From: Dictyostelium discoideum
Lineage: Eukaryota
Assembly: GCA_000004695.1 (NCBI GenBank)
Contig: CM000154.2
Location: forward strand, 3,104,001-3,168,000
Reading direction: 5' to 3'
Length of the DNA stretch: 64,000 nt
The position numbers and the translations under genes are program-made. Positions 23,416 to 39,247 of this stretch are shown piece after piece. Position 1 is the stretch's first letter; every line of letters begins with the position of its first letter. The notes beneath the pieces are model-generated. The model saw only the letters and a list, made by a program, of their open reading frames with translations, was not told where the DNA came from and made no database searches.

Positions 23416-26194
23416 TTAGTAGTAATAATAATAATAGTAATAATAGTAATAATAATAATAATAGTAATAGTAATGGTAATAATAATAGTATTAATAATAG
23501 TATTAATAATGATAATAGTAGTAATAATAATAGTAGTAATAGATTATATGATAATGGTAGTGAAAGTTTAGATATAGGTGGTAGTAGTAGTATAAATGAT
23601 TTTGAAATGCCAGTTGATGCATATGACCATAATCAATTATATTTAAATGGTGGTATTGGTGATAGTGGTGGTGGTGGTTTAAAAAAAAGTTTAAAATTTT
23701 CAAAATTTTTAATTAAAAATAATGATGATGATAATAGTAATTTTGAAGAATTAGAAATTGAAATGATTAATGATGGTGATGACGAAGATGAGGACGATAT
23801 TAATGGTGATGATGAAGGTGGTAGTGAATCGAATAAAACACCATTTAGAAGGAACAGATCATTATTAGAATTTACACAAGGTTATGAAGATGGTGATGAA
23901 TTGGAAATTTCATGTGAAGGTGGTTCAACAATTAGTAGTTTATATAGGGATGAAGTAATTGCAGATTATTTCGAACCAAATGTTGATGAACAACCATACT
24001 ATAATAAATTAAAAATCAGACAACAACAACAATATCAACAACAACAATTAGCAATTCAACAATATCAACAACAGCAACAACAACAGCAGCAATCACAACA
24101 ACAACAACAACAACTTTCAACATCACCATCCTCAATAGCATCACCAATGTTACAAGCTGATCATCATAATTATTCTGAAAGAAAGATTAATATACCAAAG
24201 GTTAGATTTGGTAATAATGAACAACAACAACAACAACAAAGTGTACCAACTACACCAAGAACGACTACAACTGCAACTACAAATAAAAATACAAATATAA
24301 ATCAACAAGTTCAAGAACAAAGTAATAATAATAAACATATTAATGATAATATATTAGTTGAAGAAAGAAATAAAAATTATGAAAAACAAAGAAAAGAAAT
24401 TAATCAAGAAAAGAGGAATCAGTTTATACAAAAACATCAACAAAATTATAAACAACAAAAAGATAGTGATTCAGATATAATTGAGGAATCAGCAGGTGAA
24501 GGTGATGGACCAGAAGGTTCAAATAGTAAATTTGAAGATGATGATGATGATGATGAAGAGGATGATGATGATGATGATGATGATGATAAAGCAGAGTTAG
24601 TTTATTCATTTGATGAAATTAAAGGATGTAGTTGTTTTTCACCATATTTTAAAATTGTAGGAACAAATAGGAATTATACATTGTTATGGGTAGCATCATT
24701 AATTTCATTAGCAGGTGATTGGTTGAATGAAATTGCATGTTTGACAATACTAGATAATTTTCAAACAAGTAGTTCAGTGGTGGCAATGTTTTTAGTAGTA
24801 CGTGAGTCACCACCATTCCTATTCCAATTTTTAACAGGTGTTGTATCGGATACATTCGATAGAAGATACATTATGATTGTAGCAGATATAGTAAGAATGA
24901 TATTGGTTTTATTCTTTTTATTTGTTAGATCAAAAAGTTTAACATGGCTATTATTCGTATTGGCATTCCTACAATATGGTACAGGTAGTTTCTATAATCC
25001 AAGTAAAAGTGCACTATTACCATCGATCGTACCAAAACAAGACCTAGTAACAGCAAATGCCCTCGACCAAAGTTCATACTCTTCAATGATGCTTTTGGGT
25101 GCATCAATAGGTGGTATCATTTCATTCACACTTGGTACAGATGTCAATTTCATTTTAGATTCTCTAACATATGCCTCTTCAGGAATTTGTATATTTTTAT
25201 TAATTAAAAATACTAAATATTTATCAAAATCATCAAAAAATAAAAATAAAAATAAAAGTAATATAGTAAATGAAAAAGATCAAGAATTAAATAATAATAG
25301 TATAGAATTAAAAAATAATAATAAAGATAATATATCATTAATTAAAAATGATCAATTAAATCAAAATCAAAATAATAATAATAATGAAGAAGAAGAAGAA
25401 ATAGACGTTAATAATAGTAATAATAATAATAAAAAAAGTATTGGTAATTTATTTAAAGAATTTTTTTCAACTTATAAATATGGTTTCAAATATTTAATGG
25501 AAAATAAATATATATTTTTAATTGTATTTTCAAAAGCATGTGGATCATTAATTTGGGGTGTTGCAGATATGGTTAATATTCAAATTGCAAAGACAACATT
25601 TAAAATGGGAGATGAAGGATCTTTAAGCTTAGGTATTATTTTAGGTGCTGGTGGATTTGGAATTTTAATGATTCCATTATTCTTTTCAAGAATTGTTAAA
25701 GATGTACCAAGTAATTATAACAAAATATTAAAAGTTGGTTTCTTTATGAATGGATTTTGTACTTTTTGTTTGGGTTTATCAGCTAATCATTTCCCACTTT
25801 ATTTAATTTTCAATGCAATAAGATCAAGTTCAACATGTATAATTTGGATGTATTCTTCATCATTCCTTCAACAATTATTACCTGATGAAGTTAGAGGTAG
25901 AGTTTTCTCTTTAGAATATGCTTTAATTACAATTTGTAAGTTATTATTATTATTATTATTATTAAATATTATTTATTATTTATTATTTATTATTGTACTA
26001 ACTTTAATTTTTTAATTTTTAATTTTTTAAAAAAAAAATTAGTTAATAATATATCAAAATTAGTTGTTGGTTATTTAATTGATAATACAAAATATTCACT
26101 TAAAGAAATATTAATATCAACTGGTTTCATTGGTATTTTAATGTTTGCAATTTGGTTAATGTTATTTAAAAGATTCAAAAGATCAAGTAAATAA
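23157..26194 (+). CDS. Major facilitator superfamily transporter. About 490 aa of N/Q/D/E-rich low complexity precedes a 12-TM MFS core. Two exons.
   Basis: Exon 1 is 23157-25935 with a GTAAGT donor at 25936. Exon 2 is 26043-26194 after acceptor ttag and encodes the last TM 'NNISKLVVGYLIDNTKYSLKEILISTGFIGILMFAIWLMLF'. MFS-like helices include 'LLWVASLISLAGDWLNEIACLTIL' and 'VVSDTFDRRYIMIVADIVRMIL'. Confidence 0.7.
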
Positions 26195-26674
26195 TAATAA
26201 TAATAATATTATGGAAAATAAATAAAAAAATAAATAAAATTATATATTTTCCAAATTGTAAGGTTACAATAAAATTTCAAATTTTTCTCATTGTTTTCAA
26301 AAATTAATGGAGACTTCACACACATACATATGAAATATTAAAAATAAAAATAAAAAAGTATCTTTGTCGATTAAAAATAAATATCGAACCAAATAAGGAT
26401 TTTTTTTTTTTTTTAAATAATTTTATTTTTATTTTTATTTTTTTTATTTTTTCTTTTTTTTATCGAATCAGAAATCATTTTAAAATTAAACATAGAAAAG
26501 TATAACTAAAAATTATTTTTTATTTTTTTTATTTTTTTATTTTTTTTTTATTTTTTTTTATTTTTTTGTCATTTTTGGTGGGCGAAAGTGCGTATGTACT
26601 TGGCGAATAAAATGAATTTGGAGGTGTGGTGGTTTTGGAGTTAATAAATTAAACTTTCATCTTTAAAAAAATCT

Positions 26675-26712
<38 letters not shown>

Positions 26713-27081
26713 AACTTTTTATTTAGCATTGTTTAAATATTAATATTTATTGGATGGAATTTTTATTTAATTTAATTTTTTTTTTTTTTATTTTTTTTTT
26801 ATTTTTTATATTTTATTTTATTTTTTTTTTATTTTTTTTTTTTGTATACAACATATTTCCATTTTATTTTTATTTTTATTTTTATTTTTTTTTGTTTTAA
26901 ATTTCAAAACCTTAAAATATCTCAAAAAAAAACAATAAAAATTTCAAAAAAAAAAAAAAAAAAAAAAAAAAAATCGATTTTTTTAACAACGTTTTTTCAT
27001 TTAAACAAAAATTTCAAAAAAAAAAAAATAAAAAATTATGATAATTTATTTATATATTATTTTTTAATAATAATAATAATA

Positions 27082-27164
27082 ATTAAAATAATTAAAATAA
27101 TTAAAATAATTAAAATAATTAAAATAATTAAAATAATTAAAATAATTAAAATAATTAAAATAAT
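27082..27164. repeat. (ATAATTAAA)n tandem 9-mer of about 9 copies, ending ~15 bp upstream of the start codon of the 27180 gene
   Basis: AATAATTAAAATAATTAAAATAATTAAA... is read directly from the sequence. Confidence 0.9.
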
Positions 27165-27179
27165 AATAATAATAATAAA

Positions 27180-30890
<3,711 letters not shown>

Positions 30891-31427
30891 AATTAAAATT
30901 AAAATATTTATATTTAATTTTTTTTTTTTTTCTTTATTTTTTTATTTTTTTTTATCTTTATTTTCATTGTTTATGGATTTACTATTTTAATATCTATATT
31001 TTATATATAAATATATATATATATATATATTTAAATAATTTAATAAAAAAATAAAAAAAAAAAATAAAAAATTTCAATCGGATGAGATTTTTTAAATTAT
31101 TTTGTGTATTAAAAATAGATTTGGGAAAAGACAAACTAAAAATAATTGTGACGGGGTTATTTTTATTTTTTAATTTTTTTTTTTTTTTTTTTTTTTAATT
31201 ATTATTTTTTTTTTTTTTTTTTTTTTTTTGTTTATTGAATTTTGATAAAATATAAAATAACAATATAAAACAACCCACAACGAACTAATAATATAAATTA
31301 AACAATTTTATCAACTTTTTTTATTTATTTATTTTTTTCAATTTATTATTTTCAATTTATTTATTATTTTTTTTTTTGATTTTTTTTTTTTTTATTATCA
31401 CTATTCAGTTGTGTCTTATTCAAATAA

Positions 31428-31508
<81 letters not shown>

Positions 31509-32741
31509 TAATAATAAAATAATAATAAATCATTAATTATAAACACAAAATCATTATTTTTTTTTATTTTTATTTTTATTTTTTAATTTATTTTAATATA
31601 TCTTTTTTTATTTTTTTTTTTTTTATTTTTTTAATTTTTTCACAATTTTAAATTTTTTTTTTTTTTTTTTTTCATTTTTTTTATTTTTTTCACCTAAACC
31701 AATTTACAGGCTTGTCCTGCAATAATATAAACTTTATAGTTTTTATTTATTTTATTTTATTTTATTTTTTTTAATTGTAAGTGCTTATAATAATATAGTG
31801 ATAATAACTATTATTATTTTAAAAAAAATATATTAATATTTATATTCAATTAAATTATTATTATTATTATTATTTTTATTATTTTTTTTTTTAAAATTCC
31901 ATATAATCTATTTTTACATATCCAATAACATCACACCTAAAAATAACAAAAAAAAAAAAAAACAATAATAATAATAAATATTATTTATTATCACATATAA
32001 ATATATATAAATACATAGAAAAAAAAAATAATAACAGTAACTATAATAAAAATAATAAGTTGTAATTAACAAGATAGATAAAGGCACAATAAGAGTAGGT
32101 ATTCCATCGCTCATATGATCTGATTTTTTCGTTGTTTTCAAATAATTTCTTTCAAAAATAAAAACCGTTTTTTTTTTTTTTTAAAAAAAAAATTTTTATT
32201 TTTAATTTTTTTTTTTTTCACAAAAACACAAACCAATCCTTTTTTCCAAAACACTTTTTTTTATTTTTTTCAAAAAGACACCATCACAAAAAAATAAACC
32301 ATAACAAAAATAAAAATAAAAATAAAAAAATAATAATTAATTGATTATAAAAATAAAATAAAATAAATAAAATAAAATAAAATAAAAATAAAAAATAAAA
32401 ATAAAAATAGAAAACAATTTAATAAACATATATATATATTTACAAATAAAAAAAAAATAAAAAAAAAATAAAAAAATAAAAAGTGCACAAATAAAAAAAG
32501 GCCCTAAAAATTTTTTTTTTTTTTGTGTGTTGGTGAGATTTGATCGACCAATCTCGCATTGTGCAAATTTTTAATTTTTAATTTTTTTTTTAATTTTTTT
32601 AATTTTTTTTATTTTCTTTTATTCTCTCAAAGGAATACACAATAATAATAAATAAATAAATAAATAAATAATAAATAATAAAAAAATAAATAAATAATAA
32701 AAAATAAATAAAAAAATAAAAACATATAAATAAAAAAAAAA

Positions 32742-35700
32742 ATGTCATCCAAAGGATCTAGTAAATCTAGTATCCAACTAGGTAGTAAATATAATAAGGT
32801 GACACCACCACCAACAACACCAACTACTACATCCACACCATCAACCCCAAATAATACATCACCATCACCAAAGTCACCTCGTGGTAGTGTTGCGAGTGGC
32901 ATTAAATCGAAATCATCCATAACATTTTCATCATCATCATCATCACCATCATCACCTGTATTATCATCTACATCATCACCTGTATTATCATCATCCTCAT
33001 CATCATCACCTATGAGAATCACATCATCTGTATCATCAAGTTCATTCCAATATTGGAAAGAAAAAGAAACAACATCATCTGCACCAACATCAACATCAAT
33101 AACACCTCTAACTGTATCACCAAAATTGTTATCTAGTAATACCTCTACATCCACCACCACCACAAACACAAACATTAATACAACAGGAACAGTTGGTAAA
33201 TCTAGTAATACTAATTCACCAATAAAGAAATCGATATTTAGCATAGGAAAAAAGTCATCATCAACATCATCACCATCAACCACAACTACTATACCTCTAT
33301 CGACATCATCACCACCATTAGCAACATCCCCACCAGCTACTATATCAGCAGGATCAAAAGTTTCATTTAAAGATAGCAGTGGCAACAGCAGCAGTAGTGG
33401 TAGTAGTAACAGCAACAACAACACCAACAACGGCAACACCAATCAATCAAACAGTCCTCACTTGGTTTCATCTACATTACCTAATCGAATGAATAGTAAT
33501 AGAAAGAGCTTAAAAAATCCTTTAAATATATTTTCACTTGATTTTTGGTCTACAAAGAATGAAGATAACAACATGGCAAATACAGACGAACCTTTAAATA
33601 CACAACAAGAGCAATCAAATGATTCTCAAAAAATTACACAACAATCAAATGTAACAACAGCAACAACAACAACAACAACAAACACAACAAACACAAATGT
33701 AAATAATAGTATTAAAACACCACCAACAAATTCACCAATTTTAACAAGTATTAAAACACCAATAACAAATAATAGTAATACCACCACCAATAGTAATAAT
33801 AATAATAATAGTTCAGTAAAGAAATCATTTATTTCAAATTCATCAAATCCATCAACACCAATTACAACATCACCAATTTCAATTAAACAATCCAATACTA
33901 CTACTCAACCATCAAATGGTACCAGTTCCAACAATGTTAAATTATCAGCAGCTACAAAATCAAATTCAATGAATTCAGCAGTACCAAGAAAGAATAGTAC
34001 AACTACCACTAATAATACATCTTTATCAACATCAACATCACCATCAATATCAGCCAATTCAATGCCACCACCATCATCAACAACTCCAATAATGAAATCA
34101 AATTCAAGTTCTTCATCTAAAAAATTTGTATCATCACCAATACAAACACCATCAACAACAACCACCAATATTAATAATAATAGTAGTATTTCAGATGATA
34201 CATCATCAGAATCAACACCACATAATACACCACCACTTTCAGGTAGTGGTGGTACTATACCAAATGGGTTATCATCATCAATTGATCCTTTTGATCCAGA
34301 CGAATTAAATGTAACAAAGTTAAAGAGTAAAATTAATAAATCAGATTTTGAACGTTTAGTTAATTTAGAATTTTATACACGTGTTTTATCAAAGGATTTA
34401 GAAGATGTAACTTCAAAATTAGTGAATGAATCATCAATGAGAAAAGATTTAGAATCACATACTAAAGAATTGGAAGCACGTTTAAGAATTTATGAAGCAA
34501 GATTAAAAAGATATTCAACAATGCCACCACCACCACAACCTGAACCAATTCCACAACAACAACATCAATTAGCAATTGGTGATTTATCACCATTATCATC
34601 TTCACCACCAACTACTGGTATTTCAATTAATCATGATAGTGGTAATACAATAGTTTTAACAGCACCACCAAATGTTTCAACACCACCACCAGTTCCACCA
34701 AGATCTTATTTAAATTTAATTCAAGCAGAAAAGGATCAATTGGAATTGGAGGAGACTGAAATATCAAAAGCTAAAGAGGAAAGAGAAGATCAAAGATTTA
34801 ATTCATTGGTTGTAAGATTGGAACAATTGGAAAAGAAAGTTTATTCATTAGAGCAAAGAAATGGTCAATTGTTGGAAGAGATTCATCATTTACAAACTGA
34901 AAATCAGTTACTTAATCCAGATAGAAAGAAAACTTTAAAGAAATTAGAAAAAGAAAAAGAAAAAGAATTACAAAAGGAACAAGAAAGAATACTACGTGAA
35001 AAAGAGAAAGAATTGCAAAAAGAAAAAGAAAGGGAGAAACAAAGACAAAAGGACTTTTTAAAACAACAAAAAGAAAAAGAAAAAGAACAACAAAAACATC
35101 AAAAACAATCTACTCATCAACTTTCACAACAAGATCATTTTGAAAATTCAAATTCTGCCACGGCTCCAGATTTAGATACTTTTGATTCAGATTCAAATGA
35201 TACAAATTCAGAGAATGATAATAGTGGTAATAATAATAATAATAATAATAATGAAAAGAAATCAAATCTAAAGAGAAAGGATTACCCAATGTCATTAGTT
35301 AGTGATTTATCACCAAATAAAAAGAATGTAGTTTTTAATGATGGTAAATCAGCAGCACCACCAACAACAGCCACCACCTCACTTAAATCTTCAAATTATT
35401 TATCATCAGTAACTTTAAGAAAAGGTGCAGCAAAGAGAATGTCTGCTCATTATACTTCAACAACAACAGGTTCACTAATTGATGATGATAGTAGTTTAGA
35501 TGATAATCAATCAACTACCTCTGAAAAGGTTAAAGCTATTTTCCATGATATTTACGATGGTAATATTGAAGAAATGAAAAATTCAAAATTAACTAGAATG
35601 AGAAGTAAATCACTATCAAAGGATGCTTCATCAGGCAGTAATTTAGATGACGATGATGATGTTTATAATAGTCAGCCATCATCTGCTGCTAAATTAAGTT

Positions 35701-36119
35701 TCACACAACAACAGCAACATAGTCAATTACCACCCACCCAACAACAACCAAGTCCACCACTTCAATCAACTTCAACATCTAGTATAGCATCAGTACTTAT
35801 TAGTAAAGAGAGTCTTTCAATTCCATTATGCACTTCAGTTGATACAAATGTTACAACTACAACTACAACCATTCCTACACCAGTGGTTCAACCACCAACA
35901 GTTTCACCAAATGTACCAATTTCAAAACCAGATGCAATGGAAAAAATTAGACATTTAACAATTGGTAGAATGTCAAGTAAAAAGAAACCAGGTTATAAAG
36001 ATGCTCAATTACAATTAAGTGAAAAATTAAATCATAGAGCTTCGAAAAATGAATTAATTTTTAAAAATATTATCAAAGCAGGTAAAGTATATTTATTTTT
36101 AAAATTATTATTATTATAA
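32742..36119 (+). CDS. S/T/N-rich hypothetical protein of 1125 aa with a C-terminal coiled coil and a terminal RPEL-like motif
   Basis: The first ~600 aa are poly-S/T/N. The K/E-rich heptads 'LEKEKEKELQKEQERILREKEKELQKEKEREKQRQKDF' suggest a coiled coil. The C-terminal 'LSEKLNHRASKNELIFKNII' matches an RPEL-type pattern (LxxKLxxRxxxxELxxxNI). A possible GTAAAG donor sits at 36079, but I found no downstream exon. Confidence 0.6.
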   Translation: MSSKGSSKSSIQLGSKYNKVTPPPTTPTTTSTPSTPNNTSPSPKSPRGSVASGIKSKSSITFSSSSSSPSSPVLSSTSSPVLSSSSSSSPMRITSSVSSSSFQYWKEKETTSSAPTSTSITPLTVSPKLLSSNTSTSTTTTNTNINTTGTVGKSSNTNSPIKKSIFSIGKKSSSTSSPSTTTTIPLSTSSPPLATSPPATISAGSKVSFKDSSGNSSSSGSSNSNNNTNNGNTNQSNSPHLVSSTLPNRMNSNRKSLKNPLNIFSLDFWSTKNEDNNMANTDEPLNTQQEQSNDSQKITQQSNVTTATTTTTTNTTNTNVNNSIKTPPTNSPILTSIKTPITNNSNTTTNSNNNNNSSVKKSFISNSSNPSTPITTSPISIKQSNTTTQPSNGTSSNNVKLSAATKSNSMNSAVPRKNSTTTTNNTSLSTSTSPSISANSMPPPSSTTPIMKSNSSSSSKKFVSSPIQTPSTTTTNINNNSSISDDTSSESTPHNTPPLSGSGGTIPNGLSSSIDPFDPDELNVTKLKSKINKSDFERLVNLEFYTRVLSKDLEDVTSKLVNESSMRKDLESHTKELEARLRIYEARLKRYSTMPPPPQPEPIPQQQHQLAIGDLSPLSSSPPTTGISINHDSGNTIVLTAPPNVSTPPPVPPRSYLNLIQAEKDQLELEETEISKAKEEREDQRFNSLVVRLEQLEKKVYSLEQRNGQLLEEIHHLQTENQLLNPDRKKTLKKLEKEKEKELQKEQERILREKEKELQKEKEREKQRQKDFLKQQKEKEKEQQKHQKQSTHQLSQQDHFENSNSATAPDLDTFDSDSNDTNSENDNSGNNNNNNNNEKKSNLKRKDYPMSLVSDLSPNKKNVVFNDGKSAAPPTTATTSLKSSNYLSSVTLRKGAAKRMSAHYTSTTTGSLIDDDSSLDDNQSTTSEKVKAIFHDIYDGNIEEMKNSKLTRMRSKSLSKDASSGSNLDDDDDVYNSQPSSAAKLSFTQQQQHSQLPPTQQQPSPPLQSTSTSSIASVLISKESLSIPLCTSVDTNVTTTTTTIPTPVVQPPTVSPNVPISKPDAMEKIRHLTIGRMSSKKKPGYKDAQLQLSEKLNHRASKNELIFKNIIKAGKVYLFLKLLLL

Positions 36120-36426
36120 TAATAATCTATTTCAATTTTTTTTTTTTATTTTTATTTTTCAAATATTTGTTTCCAAACCTTTTTTTTTTATTTTTATTTT
36201 CAAACATTTTTTATTTTTTTTTTTTCTAAATTAACCACACACACACACCATGTGTTTGTTTTTTAAATCAATCAATTCATTTTTTTTATTTTGATTTTTT
36301 TTTTATTCATATAAAAAAAATTAATTAATTTAAATGAAATAGAAATTTTGTGTTTTTTTTTTTTTTATTTTTCTTTTTCCTCTTTCCTTCTTTCTTTTGT
36401 ATATATATATATATATATAAAATATA

Positions 36427-38433
36427 ATGGGTAATAGTAAACAAATTAAAAGATCACTAACTGGTTCAATTTTATTAAAAAAACAAATTTCACAAATATT
36501 TTTTAAAAAATTAGAATCAATATTTGGTATTGCATTAGCAGAGGATACATCAGATAGATTAATGGATTATTTAAATAAATCAATTGATTATTTATTGGAT
36601 CATTCAGTTATTGAAGGATTGTTTAGTATTGAAATTGAAGAATCAAAATTAAAATCAACTATAGAATCAATTGAAAGTACATTGATTACAGATTTCTCAT
36701 TAACAACTGATCCATGTTATGTTGCATCAACTTTTATTCTTTATTTTTCAAAATTACCAAATTTATTATTATCAAAGATTTCAAGTCAATTAATTCATTC
36801 TGTAGAGATTTCACATGAAGAATATCGTATCAATGTTATTAGATCATTATTATATTCATTACCACTTCAAAATAGAAATATTTTAAAAATGGTATTACAT
36901 TTTTTAAAGAAATTTAGTTTAGCATGTAATAATAATAATAATAATAATAGTGAAAACAATAATACAATAGTTGAAGATATTGAAGTACAATCAGCATATA
37001 ATAGATTTACAAAAGCATTTATGTCAACAACACCAGGTAATTTTGAAATATCATGTAAAGCTATTAGATTAATGGTGATGGATATTGATGAATTTGATAA
37101 ACTTCCACAGGATATTCAATATATGGTAAAGGATGGTGAATCAATTGTAAAGGCAGCAACATTTGATAGATTGGTTGAGAAATTATTTGATTTATCTTAT
37201 GGATTTAAAGATCCAGATTATAATTATACAGTTTTTCATACATATGATTATTATACGACGAGTGTTGAATTGTTGGGTAAAATCGTTCACTATTATCGTA
37301 TAGCATGTACATTAACAACTAAATTACAAATGGAGGTTTCAATTACGATTTTATCAGTTGCAATGTTTTGGATGAAAATTCATCATAATCATTTAATGAC
37401 TGATCTTCAATTCCTTCAAAAGTTAAAGATATTCCTTGACTCTGTACCACAGGTACCACCAACTCAAGTAACTTATTTCACCTATTTTCAAACTTTCTTT
37501 AAACCTGTAATCGAACCATTAAAACCATTATATGAACGTGGTAACAGTTTCTTGGGTCCAAATTTAACTCAATCATCTGGTACAAGTAAAAAGAAAAATC
37601 AATTAATTGAAAAAATGATGATAAATAATAATATTAATAATAATAATAATATTAATAATAATGTAAATAGTAATAGTAATAATAATTTTAATAATAATAT
37701 TGATATAGATATTTATAATATTGGTTCAAATATAATAGCACAACAAATTACGATAATTGATAATGAAATGTTAATGGCAATACCGCCATCACAATTTTTA
37801 CATAAATCATTTTCAAAAGAGAGTAAATCACCACAATTTCATGATATGGTTAGTAAATTTAACGAATGGGCACGTTGGACATCTTCAGAGATTTTGTCAA
37901 AAGAGAAATTGGTTGAAAGAGTTGTCACTTTATCATTCTTTATCGATTTAGCAAAGAGTTGTGTAGAGTTGGGTAACTATAATGCTGCCAATGCAATCGT
38001 TGGTGGTTTGAATCATTCTTCAATCTCTCGTTTGAAATTGACTTGGGAAAGATTATCAACAAAGGTCACCCAAGATTATGATCGTCTATTGTCATTATTC
38101 GATCTTTCAATGAATTATAAGAATTATCGTGACGAAATTAAATCTACCAAAGCAAAGATTATACCTTATCTTGGTTTATTCCCAAAGGATTTAATTGCAA
38201 TTGAAGAGGGTAATGATAATTTTACAAATAATAATCTAATTAATACTGAGAAATTCCGTTTACTTTATCAAACTATTAAAAAGATTCAATCTTATCAACA
38301 ACCACTTTTCACTTTTAAAACTTCTGAACCAATTAAACAATATCTTAAAAATATTTCAAATGGTTTATCAGAAGAAAAAGATTTCCATTCAATTAGTCAT
38401 AAACTTGAACCAAGACAACAACAAACTCAATAA
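36427..38433 (+). CDS. Ras guanine-nucleotide exchange factor of 668 aa with an N-terminal RhoGAP-like region
   Basis: A CDC25-homology domain is present: 'IIAQQITIIDNEMLMAIPPSQFL', 'VELGNYNAANAIVGGLNHSSISRLKLTW', 'YRDEIKSTKAKIIPYLGLFPKDLIAIEEGNDNF'. It is preceded by a REM-like segment. The N-terminus 'LYFSKLPNLLLSKISSQLIHS...SLLYSLPLQNRNILKMVLHFLKKFS' resembles the RhoGAP fold (LYLRELPEPLL.../LLxLLPxxNxxxLxxLLxHL). The N-terminal MGNS could be myristoylated. Confidence 0.8.
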   Translation: MGNSKQIKRSLTGSILLKKQISQIFFKKLESIFGIALAEDTSDRLMDYLNKSIDYLLDHSVIEGLFSIEIEESKLKSTIESIESTLITDFSLTTDPCYVASTFILYFSKLPNLLLSKISSQLIHSVEISHEEYRINVIRSLLYSLPLQNRNILKMVLHFLKKFSLACNNNNNNNSENNNTIVEDIEVQSAYNRFTKAFMSTTPGNFEISCKAIRLMVMDIDEFDKLPQDIQYMVKDGESIVKAATFDRLVEKLFDLSYGFKDPDYNYTVFHTYDYYTTSVELLGKIVHYYRIACTLTTKLQMEVSITILSVAMFWMKIHHNHLMTDLQFLQKLKIFLDSVPQVPPTQVTYFTYFQTFFKPVIEPLKPLYERGNSFLGPNLTQSSGTSKKKNQLIEKMMINNNINNNNNINNNVNSNSNNNFNNNIDIDIYNIGSNIIAQQITIIDNEMLMAIPPSQFLHKSFSKESKSPQFHDMVSKFNEWARWTSSEILSKEKLVERVVTLSFFIDLAKSCVELGNYNAANAIVGGLNHSSISRLKLTWERLSTKVTQDYDRLLSLFDLSMNYKNYRDEIKSTKAKIIPYLGLFPKDLIAIEEGNDNFTNNNLINTEKFRLLYQTIKKIQSYQQPLFTFKTSEPIKQYLKNISNGLSEEKDFHSISHKLEPRQQQTQ

Positions 38434-38708
38434 GAAAAAAAAAAAAAAAAAAATAGAATTAAAAAAAAAAAGAATTAAAAAAATAAATATCCAAAAAACA
38501 AATCAAACAATAAGAAAAAAAAAAAAAAAAAAAAAAAGAAAATATTTTTAGAACGACAACAAAATATTTTATCAAAAAAACATTATCAAAAGTTAAAATA
38601 AAATAAAAAAAAAAAATGTATTTTTAATTTTAATTATTTATTTAATCTTTTCTTTTTATTTTTTTTATTTAAATTTTAAAAAAATTTATTTGAATTTATT
38701 TAGTTAAT

Positions 38709-38741
<33 letters not shown>

Positions 38742-38935
38742 CTTCTTGGATTAATAATTATTATAAAAAAAAAAAAAAAAAAAAAAATCAATTAAAAAGA
38801 TTAGAATAATTTGATGTTGAGGTAAAATGAATAAATAGATTTATTTATCACATAAAGGTTAAGATGGTTTAAACATTTAAAATTATCCAAAAATAAAAAT
38901 TATAAAAAAAAAAAAATCCCTCGGGATTTTTTTTT

Positions 38936-38969
<34 letters not shown>

Positions 38970-39049
38970 CATTTTTTGTGGTTTTTTTATTTTTTTTTTT
39001 TTTATTTTTTTTTTATTATTTTTTATTTTGTTAAAGTTATCATTCCTCG

Positions 39050-39216
39050 TTGGATAGATTTTCAATAGGAACAAATATGTCAAGCAAAGCATATAATAGA
39101 TTAAATATTAATGAAAGTATTGAAAATAATGAAAATGAAAATGAAAATGAAATTTATCGTGAAAATGAAGATTTAAATAATAATAATAATAATAATGATG
39201 AAAATAAAAATGAAAG

Positions 39217-39247
<31 letters not shown>

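Noticed and set aside
36080-36420. A possible extra 3' exon for the 32742-36119 gene after a GTAAAG at 36079
   Set aside because: No plausible acceptor followed by a coding frame exists before the next gene's promoter. The existing stop at 36117-36119 is kept.
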